Source: the human T2T-CHM13v2.0 reference genome, Homo sapiens. Taken from it: DNA of 64,000 nucleotides. Shown here piece after piece: positions 50,900 to 64,000 of the stretch. The stretch is from the NCBI RefSeq assembly GCF_009914755.1, contig NC_060929.1; one strand, written 5' to 3'. The first letter of the stretch is position 1, and each line of letters opens with the position of its first letter. A program made the position numbers and the translations under genes. The notes beneath the pieces are model-generated. The model saw only the letters and a list, made by a program, of their open reading frames with translations, had not been told where the DNA came from and ran no database searches.

Positions 50900-52215
50900 T
50901 GACCATGTGTCACTAAATTAATCATAAATCTGTGTGTCAACCAGGCACATTGTTCAGGGTACAAAGTAAACATAAGGCTCAGTTGTGCCTATAAAATTTC
51001 CCAAAGAATCCTTAAACATAGTAGAGACTAAGAGAAGAGGTAATAAGAGACATAAACACATAGGAATTTCTCATGTCATGATGAAGTGGCAGAAAAAATA
51101 CATAAACTAAACGCTATAATGTCTTGCAAAGCAATATAATTATCAAGAAAAGTTTTATATGTGATGTTTTATTGTGATAGCTGTTTAAGGACATGGGTTA
51201 TTTTACACAGAAATATGATGAATATATTTCAGAAAGAGAATAAGAGAAATGTGTGGAATGATCAGAGAAGAGATACAAAATACATTTCATTAGAGCTTAA
51301 AGTTTTGTGTAAGAGTAGCAAGAGTTGGAAATGAAGATTGGGTCTAAATTTGTAAAGAGCTTATATTATAGGACCACTGTAAACTTGGAGGGTCTATTGA
51401 TTATAATCTGTGATTTTGGAATATTGATTCATCTCCAGAGTTCCAAGTGATTAGAGTTGGTAGTTATTAGGAAAGGAAAGAAAAGTTAGGAGATAATTGC
51501 AATACTTGAGGCTGAGGTTGAGTATTCCCACTTGAGGGTGAATTTGGGAATTAAAAGGAGCAAAGGGATGTTCAAGACATATCAGTAGTAGGTAGATAAT
51601 TTAATAACTAAGTTGATACATAAAGAAAATGAGATCTTAGCATAAGCAGCTTAGTTTTAAAAGTTAAAAACAGGATGAGTTTAGTTTAAGAAATGTTGAA
51701 TATGCAGTGATAGTAAGACATAATCAGCAAAGAGCTGGAAATAAAGACTGGGATTGAGTATAAATACCATGGTTGGAGATACATATTTAGAGTTATCTGA
51801 CTAATTATAATTAATAATAATTACAGCTAATATCGATATACTGTATGCCAGGCATTCTGCCAAGTGCTTTACCCAAATAACCTCATTTTCTCATCAAAGA
51901 CATCTATGTACGTCCTAATTTTTATTTTTATATTATATATTAGGAATCTGAGTTTCTGATATGTTCGTTTTCTCAAGGTCACACAAATAACGGATAGATC
52001 TAAAATATAATCCTAGGAAGTCTGATTTCTTTTCTGATTCAAAAGAAAATAGATGTTAAGAAATCAAAATTGATGTCAGGATCCTTTGAGGTTGTTGAGA
52101 GATGTGGAGTGAGGAAGAAAATAAGAGGGAAAATAAATGAAACTTAAATTTGGGAAGGCATGTAGAAAAGGATTTGAGGGATAAAAATGAGCAATCAGAG
52201 CAGCACAAAGAGCAT
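50900..52215 (-). mobile_element. L2 fragments interrupted by a MIR
   Basis: ccaggcacattgttcagggtacaaag; gatgagtttagttt...atgttgaat...gagctggaaata...ggttggagatacatatttagagttatc. Confidence 0.6.
51810..52035 (-). mobile_element. MIR SINE
   Basis: ctgtatgccaggcattctgccaagtgctttac...ctcaaggtcacaca. Confidence 0.75.
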
Positions 52216-55200
52216 AATCCAAATCATGATGGACTGACTTTGAACTCTCTCTTTTTTTTCTTTTTTTTTTTTTTCCTGAGGAGGTTGGTTGGATGGAATG
52301 GGAGATTATTCTTTGTCTAAGTCTTTCTAAAATTCACATGGGCGAGCTGACTATTTTATCCCATTCTTCACGCTCTCCTACCCATCATCAATCCTGCTCT
52401 CAATGGCCTCTGTGAGCTTGCTCCTCCCTCTGGTGACAGCATCTGCTATGATGGCAATGTTATTCCCTCGCCTAGGCCCTTTCTCTCACAGTCTTTAACT
52501 GGGGTGAGGCTATCATTTTATATAAAATTTTATGGAAGTAGTTAAATAGTGGATTTCAGGATACATTTAAATGCATTTAAGTGTGCATTTCATAATAGTC
52601 AAACAAACAGGTTTCTATCTATGCCAAGTTCCCGTATCTGAGCAGTTATCAGCCTTGCTTCTCGACTGCTTCTGCCTGAATAGGAGCAGCTCAGCCACAT
52701 CACAGAAGTCTTCCAGGCTGTTTCTCTACGGCTAGAATGCACTGATTGCTGACATCAAAGAAAAGTGCTTTGTTTTCTTGTTGGTTTGTCTTTGGTTTCC
52801 TTTTTTTAGGAAACAATGTTTAGGGAAACATATTTATGTAAACGTATATGTTTCCCTAAATTCACGTTTTCATAAATTTGTATGCACAGCCATTGGATTA
52901 AATTACCTAAAAATAAAGTTTGGAGATTTTCCTAATTTCTCTTCATATGAGAATATAGAGCTTCCTTGGAAGAACTGGACACTAGGCTTTAGGAGGTAAC
53001 CAGTTAAATAATCAGAATAATATTCTTCTTTCACTCACTTTCTAACTCCTATCCCATTGGAAAGAGAGGGAGATTGGGTGAAGGAGGAGGGGGAAGAACT
53101 CCTCCACTGGTTTAATAACTTCCATATAAGCAATGGCCATGGAAGTCCCCAACTGCCTCCCAACCCCCCTACCCCTGGAAAAAGCCATACCAAATTTAGA
53201 CTTTTTTTCTTAAACAAACGTTGTCCTTGCCACCTGTTGTATGTCATTTTTAATAACAGTTATCAGTGGTAGTCCTTAAGAAGTAAAAGAAATGATGGAT
53301 ACGTGTATGAATGGAGTGGTCTAAGGTGAACTAATTCCTGAGTCTTGCTATCTTCATGGCCATGTTTAGTTTCTGCCAAAAAGGTTTGCAATTGCCACCT
53401 GTAAAAGTACAAGCATGAAGCGTCAGGAGCTTTTGAAAGGAAGTGCCAGATAATTAATGCCAAGTCCAGGATATTAACTAACTGAATCTGAAGAACAGGG
53501 ACCTTTTCTTCTCATAATAGTCATCAAATACAATAGGTGGCATTTTAAATATTTAATAAAATATGAATAATAAATAACACTGTAAATAAAAGGTCAGAAG
53601 CTGGCCTAACGCTAGGGAACTCAAACACTTGAGGGAACAAAACACTGGCATATTTATTCTAGGCAACTGCCCTCTATGATCTCCAGAGGATGGTCTGACT
53701 GACCTGAAAGGTCTTTCCCATTTTTGGTTAATTTGGTTTTATGGAAAATATGCTTCTAATATTTTTGTACTCAGGAGGCCCCAAGTTTTCATTAAATAAG
53801 GAAAATATTAAATTGTTTAATCTCCAGGGTCATTTTTATGTTTACCTTTCAAACTAAAATATTCAGGTCTCAAGCTCTGCTGGATTCAGCCCTTTGACTG
53901 TGGGTTGGTTCATTGGATGAAACATTGTATCTTTTACATCTTTTCACTAGGGGAGACCTACTTGTTTAGTCCCTCTAGTATTTACTGTTCTATTTCCAGA
54001 TTGAAGTAATCCTAGACGAAATGAACTCAGGAAAGAAAAGGAGTGAGTCGAATTTATGTAAGGCCAAGAAAGCCAGTGGAAAAGAAAAGTGGATGGCTTT
54101 CATGTCAAAGGTGAAAAAATAAAATAAACACATTATCTGCTATTAATTAGCAGATAGTCCAAATCCGAGAGTTGATTTTTGCAGTCCTATTTCACACAAT
54201 TGATGCAGTTTTCCTCCTCCTGCTTGTTTAGCACCATTGCCAAGGTAGAAAGCAAATACTGGGATACTGAGAAAAAAGAAAATTCTTTTTAGCTTTTGCT
54301 CTTTTCTGTTGAAACTTCTCATTTTGGGCTTCACCTTTGGGCTGCTTTGTCTTGTGTGAAATAAAGCATTTGTAGGTTTTTCGGAATTGATTTATTTTTA
54401 AATGATATATTTCAACCTTAAGTTGCATTTAAGCTCTACAGCAAAAACAGGATCTTTACTCCATTGCACAGACTTTGGAAAATACAGAGTTTACTTTGTG
54501 CGAGATATGACTGGCAATTAATGCCCAAACAGGAAACTTCTAATGAGTTTTCTACCTATTTGAAATTAAGCTAAATTTAATACCAAATGTATTATTTAAA
54601 ACAGTATCTTTGGTAAACCTCATAAACCGCATATTCAGAGTCATGTCAAGGGAGTGACGAATACTGAGCACTGAATAGTATACTTCATAGAAATAGAATA
54701 AAAACAAAGAAGTTAAAAATATAAATACTCTTTACTTTTATCTATTGTTTATTCTGAATTGTATTTTATAGCAAAACGTTTGAGAAATCAGAAGCACAAA
54801 CAACATATGGAGGACTAAATATTTTGTAGGCCTAATGATGTATTAGTATTTTGCTTTGTATGAAATTCTAATCACCAGATATGCTTATCACTGCAGATGG
54901 AATATGCAGGCCTCTGATACCTCGGGGGATTAGAGAATCCAAACATCTGTAGCAGGGGAAGAAAAAAAATCCCATTGCAATATACAAAATTTAAAAGAAT
55001 GAATTAATGAGAAAAAAATGAATGGAAATAAAAGTTTATTCTTAATACCATCTTGTATTTATAATTACCAAGGAGCTCTACATGCCTTAGAGATCTTGAT
55101 TGCATCCTTTAAAAATGTAATGAGATACTAAAACACAATCTAGATGTAAGTTGGAGAAATATACAATATTCTTCCATTTTTAGTGGGATGGTTTGGAGCT

Positions 55201-55859
55201 GAGATAAAGACATGCCGTAATTAATGTGGTCCACATGTTTATTTATACAATTGAAACACCTGGCTTATAATTGGCTGCTTTAGTAAATTCAACCAGATAT
55301 TTTCTAAACATATTAAGACTCTATTAATTGGAAAACAGAGGAGAGGGTTGTTTTGGTTATGCAAATTTACCAGTTTAACTGAAAGGAGTCAGAGATGACA
55401 GATCTGAAATGTATTTTGGCTCTAGAATATTTTTTGCCATTTGTTCAAAAAAGACGTTACACCTATTCTTGTTCCCACGATTTGTACCTTTCTGATAAAG
55501 CCACGTGCAAGGGAATAATAGATTCACATTTGGTTCTGATGACTGATTTATTGATTTATTCAAGTCATTTTCATTTTAAAAAACTGTTGTGAGGAACTCT
55601 TCTAGAAAATGGGATAAATTGAAAAGAATCTGATTGTCAGGTGTAGAAGATAGACATATAAACAATAGACCCCTTCCAGAACAAGATTTGTGTCATCTTA
55701 ACTTTTAATATAATTGAAGGACTTTCATATGAACTTTTAAAAACTGTATGATCTAGTTTAGGCAAATTTTAAGTATTGCCTTTGAAAATAACATTTTTAA
55801 TTAAATTAGAGTTCAGGAAGGAAAAGGGGTGCTTCATCCACAAAGTTGTAAAAAAGAGT

Positions 55860-56175
55860 AGTAATGTCATGGATTCTGAAGCTGGACAACCGTGGTTCCA
55901 ATTACAGACCTGCCAGTTAATAGCTCTGTGACTCGAAATAAGTCAGTCACTGAGCTCAGTGACTCAGTTTTCACATCTATAAAGTATGTATAACAATATT
56001 TTCTTTGTGAAGCTGTTGTGAGAATTAAAAAGTTTATACAAAAATATATGTGTTTATATGAATGTATACATACACAGATTGATACATGTAGTTATAATCT
56101 ATAATTACATATATATATCTATACTACTATCTCTTACAGCATAGCCTAGAACATTATAAGTGCTATATAAGTTTT
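55860..56175 (+). mobile_element. MIR SINE with internal TA-rich tract
   Basis: catggattctgaagctggac...tagctctgtgac...ctcagttttcacatctataaag...gttgtgagaattaaa...agcatagcctagaaca. Confidence 0.75.
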
Positions 56176-56301
56176 ATGCATTCTTTAAAACAAATAATCG
56201 TTTCTGTTTTTGTCAAATTAAAGTTTGTATAAAGAAAAAATGTAAGAAATCAGCATTTTCTTACTGAATTATATTAATATTTGATAATAGGAAATAAGTT
56301 C

Positions 56302-56600
56302 CTTTTTTTTGTTTTGTTTTGTTTTTTGAGACAGGGATTCACCTGTCACACAGGCTGGAGGCTGGAGTACAGTGGTACAATCTTCGCTTACTGTAACCTC
56401 CTCCTTCTGGGCTCAGCTGACCCTCCCACCTCAACCTCCTGAGTAGCTGAGACCGCAGGCATGTGCTACCCAGCTCATTTTTTTATTTTTTCGTAGAGGC
56501 GGAGTTTCACCATGTTGCCCAGGCTGGTTTTGAACTCCTGAACTGAAGTGATCCACCCAGCTCAGCCTCCCAAAGTGCTGGGATTACAGGCATGAATCCC
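56302..56600 (-). mobile_element. AluJb-like SINE
   Basis: ctgggctcag...ctcccacctca; small ggctggag duplication. Confidence 0.9.
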
Positions 56601-56951
56601 AGTTTTCTTATCAATATCATTGTGACTGAGTTACCTGGGTTCTTAATCTGTAATAATGTCAACGGGAGGGTCAAAAACTTGCAAACCCAGGAGAAAGATA
56701 AATTTTCAGATTTTTGTTAAAGTAAATACTTCAATACACTTTAAGGTAATATAATAACAGAAATCAAAGAATCAAGTAAATTTCTCATAGTCTTTAAGGC
56801 AATCATTTTCATAAATGCATACAAATAATCAGTTTCACAAGTATGTAGATTTGGGGGATATTATCAATGAAGCTTTTATCCATTATTTTCTGGGAAACAT
56901 ATTTTCTTATGGAGGGGATTCTCATAATCGTAGTGTTTATTGAATTAGACA

Positions 56952-57157
56952 AGATATCAGAAAACTAGAGCCTTTGGGCCAAATCAAGCCCAGCATCTGG
57001 ATGTGTAAATAAAGTTTTATTTGATCACAGCCATGTTCATTCTTTCACACACTGTCTATGGCTGCTTTCATGATACAATGACTGAGTTCAGTAGTAGCAA
57101 CAGAGACCTGAAATATTTACTACTGGGCCCTTTGATAAATAAATTGGCTGGCTCCTG
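56952..57157 (+). mobile_element. MER58A-like hAT-Charlie MITE
   Basis: gggccaaatc...gtaaataaagttttatt...cacagccatg...tgtctatggctgcttt...aaatatttactactgggccctt. Confidence 0.85.
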
Positions 57158-57284
57158 AGTTAATCTCAAAATCCATCATAATATGAATAAGTTGGTAAAT
57201 ACATGAAAACTTACAAAATCCATCTCGATTCAATCATATAGTCTCATAGAACAGTACTATTTGTAGCCTGAACACTTCTAGATC

Positions 57285-57850
57285 TCTTGCTAATTTTAGT
57301 TTTGAAATTTGTCAGTGCTGTACGAAAATAGAGCAATGACCTTGCAAAGTGACATTGCAAATCTTGTGAAAAGTCAGAGATTCTATGAAGTAGGTGAGAG
57401 TGACATTGGAGAACTGTTCTAAGAACTTACAAAGCCATTGATTAACATGGGAATATCTGGCAGTTACAACAGTGACCAAAAGAAAAAGCTATCTTCCTAA
57501 AGAAAAATTGACACAAACAGTGAAATGTTAGGTACTTCAAAGGAGTGTGACTTAAATATCAGAGCTAAGAGAAGCCCCTGGGAAAACTTACAAAGCCCTG
57601 AAATACTTTTAGATAAAGACTGTGCAAAAGTTAATTGCGAAGTGAAAGATGTCATTTCATGATATCACAAATTTTTACCAGAGAAACTATACATTGAAAA
57701 CAATGTTTGTGTATTTTTAATCTCAAGATGGGGAGTGCCTGATTATAATTACAATCTAAAATTTGCTAAGCAAAAATTAGATATTTTTGAGACAAAATCC
57801 TTTTCACTTTGTACTATATACTAGCAGATTCATTTTAAGTAGGCATATCA
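57285..57850 (+). mobile_element. Ancient TcMar-Tigger transposase C-terminal fragment
   Basis: My translation of ~57340-57450, QSDIANLVKSQRFYEVGESDIGELF*ELTKPLIN, resembles the Tigger/pogo acidic motif (..LAK..GF.EVDE.DV.ELL.SH..PLTNEDL). Confidence 0.6.
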
Positions 57851-59944
57851 TAAGGTACTTATTACTCAGAAGAACCCAAGGATTTCCTATGGGCTCAAAC
57901 ATCATCTGCTATCTGGTATTTAAAGAAAGTGCACATATACACCCCCGTACCTTTTTGTGTAAATGTTTCAAATTTTTCAAAGTTAGCCTGTTAACATGCA
58001 GTGTTTCCAACAAAGTTTTTAAAGCAAAAGTCTAAAATTTGTCATACCCTGTCTTGGTCAGATTATAGATTAATTTGGCTGAGCCATCAGCTTTTCTGAT
58101 AGATCTGAATCATATCTCTTTTTCATGTCATTTTAGTAATAGAACCCATGATCGGAGGAGACATAAATACACATGAAAGTAATTTTTGGTGTTTCATAAA
58201 TGAAGGGAAAAAATGAGTTTTATATTCCTATAGGACAATATCTGCAAGACAGTGTAATGCTAAAATTCTAATATATAATTTTAGCTCTATTTAAATTTGA
58301 AGCATGATTTTTTTTCTATATAGTGTGCACAAGATGATATTGGCACTTGAAAACATGATTTTTTTTTCGTATTTTTTTTCTATAGCATCTGTTTTGTTCT
58401 TCTACCCTTATACTAACTTTTACCTTTAGAAAGGCCATCGCTAACCAGCCACTAATCAAGGAAACTTCTGAGCTAACTGTGTCGACTGGAGGCAATTGAC
58501 CAGGTGAAATAGAGGTTGGTTAGAAGGTTAGGATGTTGTAAAACGTAATAGCAGGATTGTCTAGTCATCCTGAAAACAGTTAAGGGATCCAGAACTCTGA
58601 AGCTCTTTTTGGTCTAAGTTATATAGGTGAGCTGAGAAGTTTGTTTAAATTCGTGTATACGTCAAGTATTATTGAAACAGCTCAATCCCAGACTTAGTTA
58701 AAAAACCATCATTGGAAGGAAAACATACCTGACAGATTTTTCGACTTAATGATAGATAATGTCATAGATGTTTTCTTGTATCAGAGCCAACACGTCATTT
58801 ACTTTGCTTTTTAGTGTTATGAGTGGCATTTAGTTTAAAGTTTTCTGTCTTTTCTAGCATTCCCAAGTGATTTAATTTTCTCGTTTTGCAGTGGGAGTTG
58901 CAATCATGACAGAAAAGGTTATGTCCTTCAGAGACAAATTTCTATGAAAAGTAAGGTCTCACCAGGATTTTTATCAGCATTCACTAAAACATGCTGTCCC
59001 ATGTCAGATACATTTATCCATAATCTCCAAGTTAAGCTAAAAAATGTAAGTTGAAAGTAGGGTTTATTTACAGTGTGCTTTGTACCTGATGATTGTTGAG
59101 CTACTGCATTAAAAGCAGTTAACAAGAGATGATTCACCACTGAACACAGGTGCATTCCTCTATCAGCATTCTGTTCATTTTAACTTTTACACAAAATGTG
59201 AGAACAATGTGAGATACTGTAGGCAGACATTTCACTCGGCTTTTAAAAAATCTGACTTGTAAGTTATATTCCCTACTAAAATTTTACCTTCCTTAAGTAC
59301 CTAAAGCTTGACTCAGAATTAGATAACACATATATGTCATATACTGTTATTTACCTGGGTTGAAGGGTCATTTTTGTCGATGAACTGAAATGTATTATAG
59401 CAAAGTGCTATCCTAAGAACTGATTATGTGGAATTCATGTGGTAATAAAACTGAACGGTTCACTACCATAAGACATCACTATTCTTCTAAGCAAGCTAAT
59501 GGATCATGTTATCTCCAACAGAAGACGGAGATCATAGGTCTCTGCTTTTCAACCTTTAGCAGGTTTAATGATTTCACAAAATTTTGACAAATAATAATAA
59601 TTTATCTTCTTTCCTCCTGGGAAGGCAAGTACCTTCTGGGTCCTATGTCTAAGAATTTCTGTCATAAACTTGTTTCATCTGAATGCTCTTAAACAATAAA
59701 TCAGTTATTGAAAAATATTTCTAAGTACTCACCTTGGTTAGATTCATTATTAAGACTTGAACCGGTGATACAGCTCTCTCCATTTCCAACCCCATCCAGG
59801 GACCCAGCACAGTGCTTTTTGGTTCCCAGGAGAACAGTGAAGCACTAACACTGATGTTATCCAGGGTTTCAGGCCCAAATTCCTATCCAGCCTCTTGACA
59901 TGTTGGGTTGGAGCCACGGGAGGGTTTCCAAGACCCCTTTACAC

Positions 59945-60255
59945 TTTCTTTTTTTTTTCTCTCTTCTTTTTTTTTTTTTTTTTTTTTTTTTGAGACAGAG
60001 TCTCGCTCTTTTACCCAGGCTGGAGTGCAATGGCACGATCTCGGCTCACTGCAACTTCCACCTCCCAGGTTCTCAAGTGATTGTCCTGCCTCAGCCTACC
60101 AAGCAGCTGGGATACAGGCGTGGGCCACCACACCCAGCTAGGTTTTTGTTTTTCTTTTTTTTCTTTTTTTTTTTTTTTTTTTAGTAGACATGGGGTTTCA
60201 CTATGTTGGACAGGCTGGTCTCAAACTCCTGACCTCAGGTGATCCACCCACCTCC
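59945..60255 (-). mobile_element. AluSx-like SINE, 5'-truncated, with long T tail and expanded linker
   Basis: Antisense dimer ending at gatccacccacctcc. Confidence 0.92.
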
Positions 60256-60309
60256 TTTTATTTAATATTAAACCAGAGAGATTTTTTAAGAGGCCATCCA
60301 GCATGATAG

Positions 60310-60540
60310 GTAAGAGAAGGTGCCTCACATCTCGCTCTGTCATTTCCATGCTGTTGTAATTACTTGAGTTCTACGTGCCTTAGTTCCTCTTCTGTAAATT
60401 AAGAGTAAAAGTAGTATCTACTTCATATAGATTAATAATTAAAATGAGTAAATGTAAATATAATGTTCATATAAATATCTTAGAAAAGGGCCTGACACAT
60501 GAGATACCCAGAAATATAAGCCAGTGTTGTGATAAACTAT
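60310..60540 (+). mobile_element. MIR SINE
   Basis: gtgccttagttcctcttctgtaaatt...gtagtatctacttcatatag...aattaaaatgag...gcctgacaca. Confidence 0.7.
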
Positions 60541-60719
60541 TACACTACCTGATTATATCCTTTTTTTCTAGATTCTATATTAGGCTTGCTTGAATTTTCT
60601 AATCCTATTAAACTAATTTTGTAGGATGAACTAGAAGGAAGAAAGACACATAAAAGTAAATAAACATGATTCTCATTGCTACAACCACATAAACCGTCGT
60701 AGAAAAGGTAACCTGACCT

Positions 60720-61772
<1,053 letters not shown>

Positions 61773-61854
61773 AAGCTCCTGTTTTGTTCTACCAAAAGCC
61801 CCCAAATCTGCAGTGACTGTCATTTTGCAAATCATCATCTCAGAACTCTCTTAC

Positions 61855-61990
61855 CTTTGGTATGGAGTGATGCAAAACCCCATAAGGAAGAATCAGGAGA
61901 TTTGGATTATAATCCTAATTTGTGACATCATGCAACCTCCCTGAGATTTAGTTCCATCAGCTGCAAAATGTTGAGGCTTTCATTAAGGAA
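61855..61990 (+). mobile_element. MIR fragment
   Basis: aggaagaatcaggagatttggattataatcc...ctgagatttagttccatcagctgcaaaatg. Confidence 0.55.
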
Positions 61991-61993
61991 TTG

Positions 61994-62043
61994 TCTCTTT
62001 TAGTTCTTTTTAGTCTCTTTTAGTTCTCTTTTAGTTCTTTTTA
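61994..62043. repeat. 10-11-bp tandem repeat (tctcttttagt), ~4.5 copies
   Basis: Direct inspection. Confidence 0.9.
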
Positions 62044-62439
62044 TTTTCAAACTTCTGACTCTGCAATGCTTCAAATTATCCCATTCATATCAATGATTAC
62101 CTCCTTTTACTATCAATTTTTTAAAATCTCACGTTAGGAATAATTAGGTTTGAGAAAATGCACTATGACAAAGTGTGAAGTCAATGACTTGTTAAAATAA
62201 AGTTGTGTTTTACTTAACACAATAGAAATTATGTTTGAAAAACAATAGCATGTAAATGGATGAGACCTATTTCATCAAAAGACAACGCTTACTGTGCTTA
62301 GAAATTTCAGTCCCCCTGAGACTACTCTGTTCCCGTTTCTCAATCCCTGTCTAACAATTTCCCTTCTCACCTTTCTCTACCCTCATCAGTTCTCATCCCT
62401 TCCCCACCCTGTATACCTTCACTTTCCTGAATGGGTTGT

Positions 62440-62565
62440 GTGATTCAGTTCTCACAAAAGCCTCATGAAACAGGCGCCATTACTACTCTCCCGTTTTATA
62501 GCTGACAAAGCTTAGAGAGTTAGGTATGTTGTCAAAGGTCACACTTGTAGTAAGTAAAGATAAGC
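62440..62565 (-). mobile_element. MIR fragment
   Basis: ttctcacaaaagcctcatga...cccgttttatagctga...agagagttaggt...caaaggtcacac. Confidence 0.7.
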
Positions 62566-62740
62566 AGAGCTGACTTCTCCATTAGGCACAGTGCCTATAG
62601 CTCACAAAAAATATTTCAATTTATTTTAAAATCAGAAGAAAAAATGAAATTTTAGGTTAATAAAAAGTCTTATCATATAGTAATGTATCTTTCTAAGCCA
62701 GCACAGTCACATAATACAATTATATACATATTTGTGGAAA
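62566..62740 (+). mobile_element. hAT-Tip100-like MER fragment (MER69A-like)
   Basis: cagagctgacttctccattaggcacagtgcct...ttttaaaatcagaagaaaaaatgaa. Confidence 0.5.
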
Positions 62741-64000
62741 ATAACATAGACACAAACACTAAAGGGTTGCTAGTTTTATGTGGTTACTGTGTTGTACCCT
62801 CAGATACAAGTTGACCAGTATCTCTACTTTTGTAAGCTTCAAAATGATTCCAGTGAATTCCCTGTATTAGGATATCACTTATTAGTAAAATAATAACAAC
62901 TGTTATTTATCTGGGTGAATGTGGTATACAAATCGTTTGTTCAGATACATTGTCACATATTTCCATACCCTTTATAACATATTCTTTTTTCTGCCCTTGA
63001 GGATTTACATATGGTTGCTTCTCCTGCCCCCACCACCAAACATGTGATTTTTTGCTAAGCACATTTTCCCCTTCTTTCAGCCTCCTAGTATTACATTAAA
63101 TTTTCAGAGCTAACCACTAGTATGAATTGATCAAACAGCTGATTTTATACACTAGTTTTGTATTTGAACACATCTTTCAAATGATACCAAGAAATCATGC
63201 ATTTTTAAAGGGTTTTATGTAGGTGTCTTTCATAAGATATTGAATGTTGTGCTTTTGTTCCCAAATAAATAAATCAACTGGCTATTCAGACTAGTGGAAG
63301 AAAATGAAAAAATCTTTTGTTCCCAAGCAACACATACCTGTTGGTATTCACCTTCCTGAGATCTGTTTCTAAGAGACCCTCGCTATTGAGATTGTTAGCA
63401 AGTTCTTGAATGACAAATTGTTTCCTGTAATATGATCATAATACACTGGGTGATGGGTTGATACAATATGGAATTTAATTAATAGGAAACATTTTTTTAA
63501 AATCCCCTTTTCTCTTAGGAGCTTTACAAAAGTGATGTCTTGAAAGGCAGAGCTGCCATGTATAACAATGACTTAATTCTACCTTCTGTTATCACGGTTT
63601 GAGGTGATTTCCCTTCTTTTCCCCTGCCTATTTCTTATCTCTCTACTAATATTATTTGTAGCAGTCGTGATTATAGAATCAGAGACTATATGAGATAAAA
63701 AGGACTATGAGAGGTCAAGAAGTGGAAATGCTTCATGCAAGCTCCCCTAAAAGATAACTATATCTTTAAATTTTATAAAAGAAAAAAGCCCATTTTCTCT
63801 ATTTGTTGTCCATTTATGATTTACAGGGAAGCTTTCATTTTTTGACCTGTTCTGCTATACTCTTTCTGATTCTTTCTCACTTTAATACCTAATATTGTCC
63901 CTCTTTATATTCGACCATGTTTAAACACTTTCCCTTAGCTTTCTTGTACAGTCTCTAAATATCTGGATAAGATAAATGCTACCAAGGTTTCCATTGGCTG

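Noticed and set aside
63500-63720. Acceptor-like sites with short open frames (ELYKSDVLKGRAAMY...)
   Set aside because: In-frame stop, weak donors and no recognisable homology.

Overview
AT-rich primate genomic DNA (AluY and L1PA2-4-type inserts point to a hominoid, probably human), intronic or intergenic, with no recognisable intact protein-coding exon. Every listed ORF I could identify is a fragment of a decayed L1, Alu or LTR; the rest look like chance ORFs. Main content: a near full-length L1PA7-like element (- strand) apparently carrying a ~290-bp 3' transduction; a 5'-inverted L1PA11-14-like element with a complex patched 5' end; an older L1MA/PB element containing a ~175-bp ACTG1 3'UTR retrocopy; about 13 Alus; solo LTRs (MLT1B, MSTB, MLT1F/G, THE1, LTR16C); Tigger and hAT DNA-transposon relics; and many MIR/L2 fragments. 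I found no convincing new biological system. The best leads are retrotransposition and repair scars, a CpG-retaining segment resembling a Tc1-type transposase HTH, several palindromes and a few candidate non-coding exons. Subfamily calls come from remembered consensus sequences and need RepeatMasker/Dfam confirmation.
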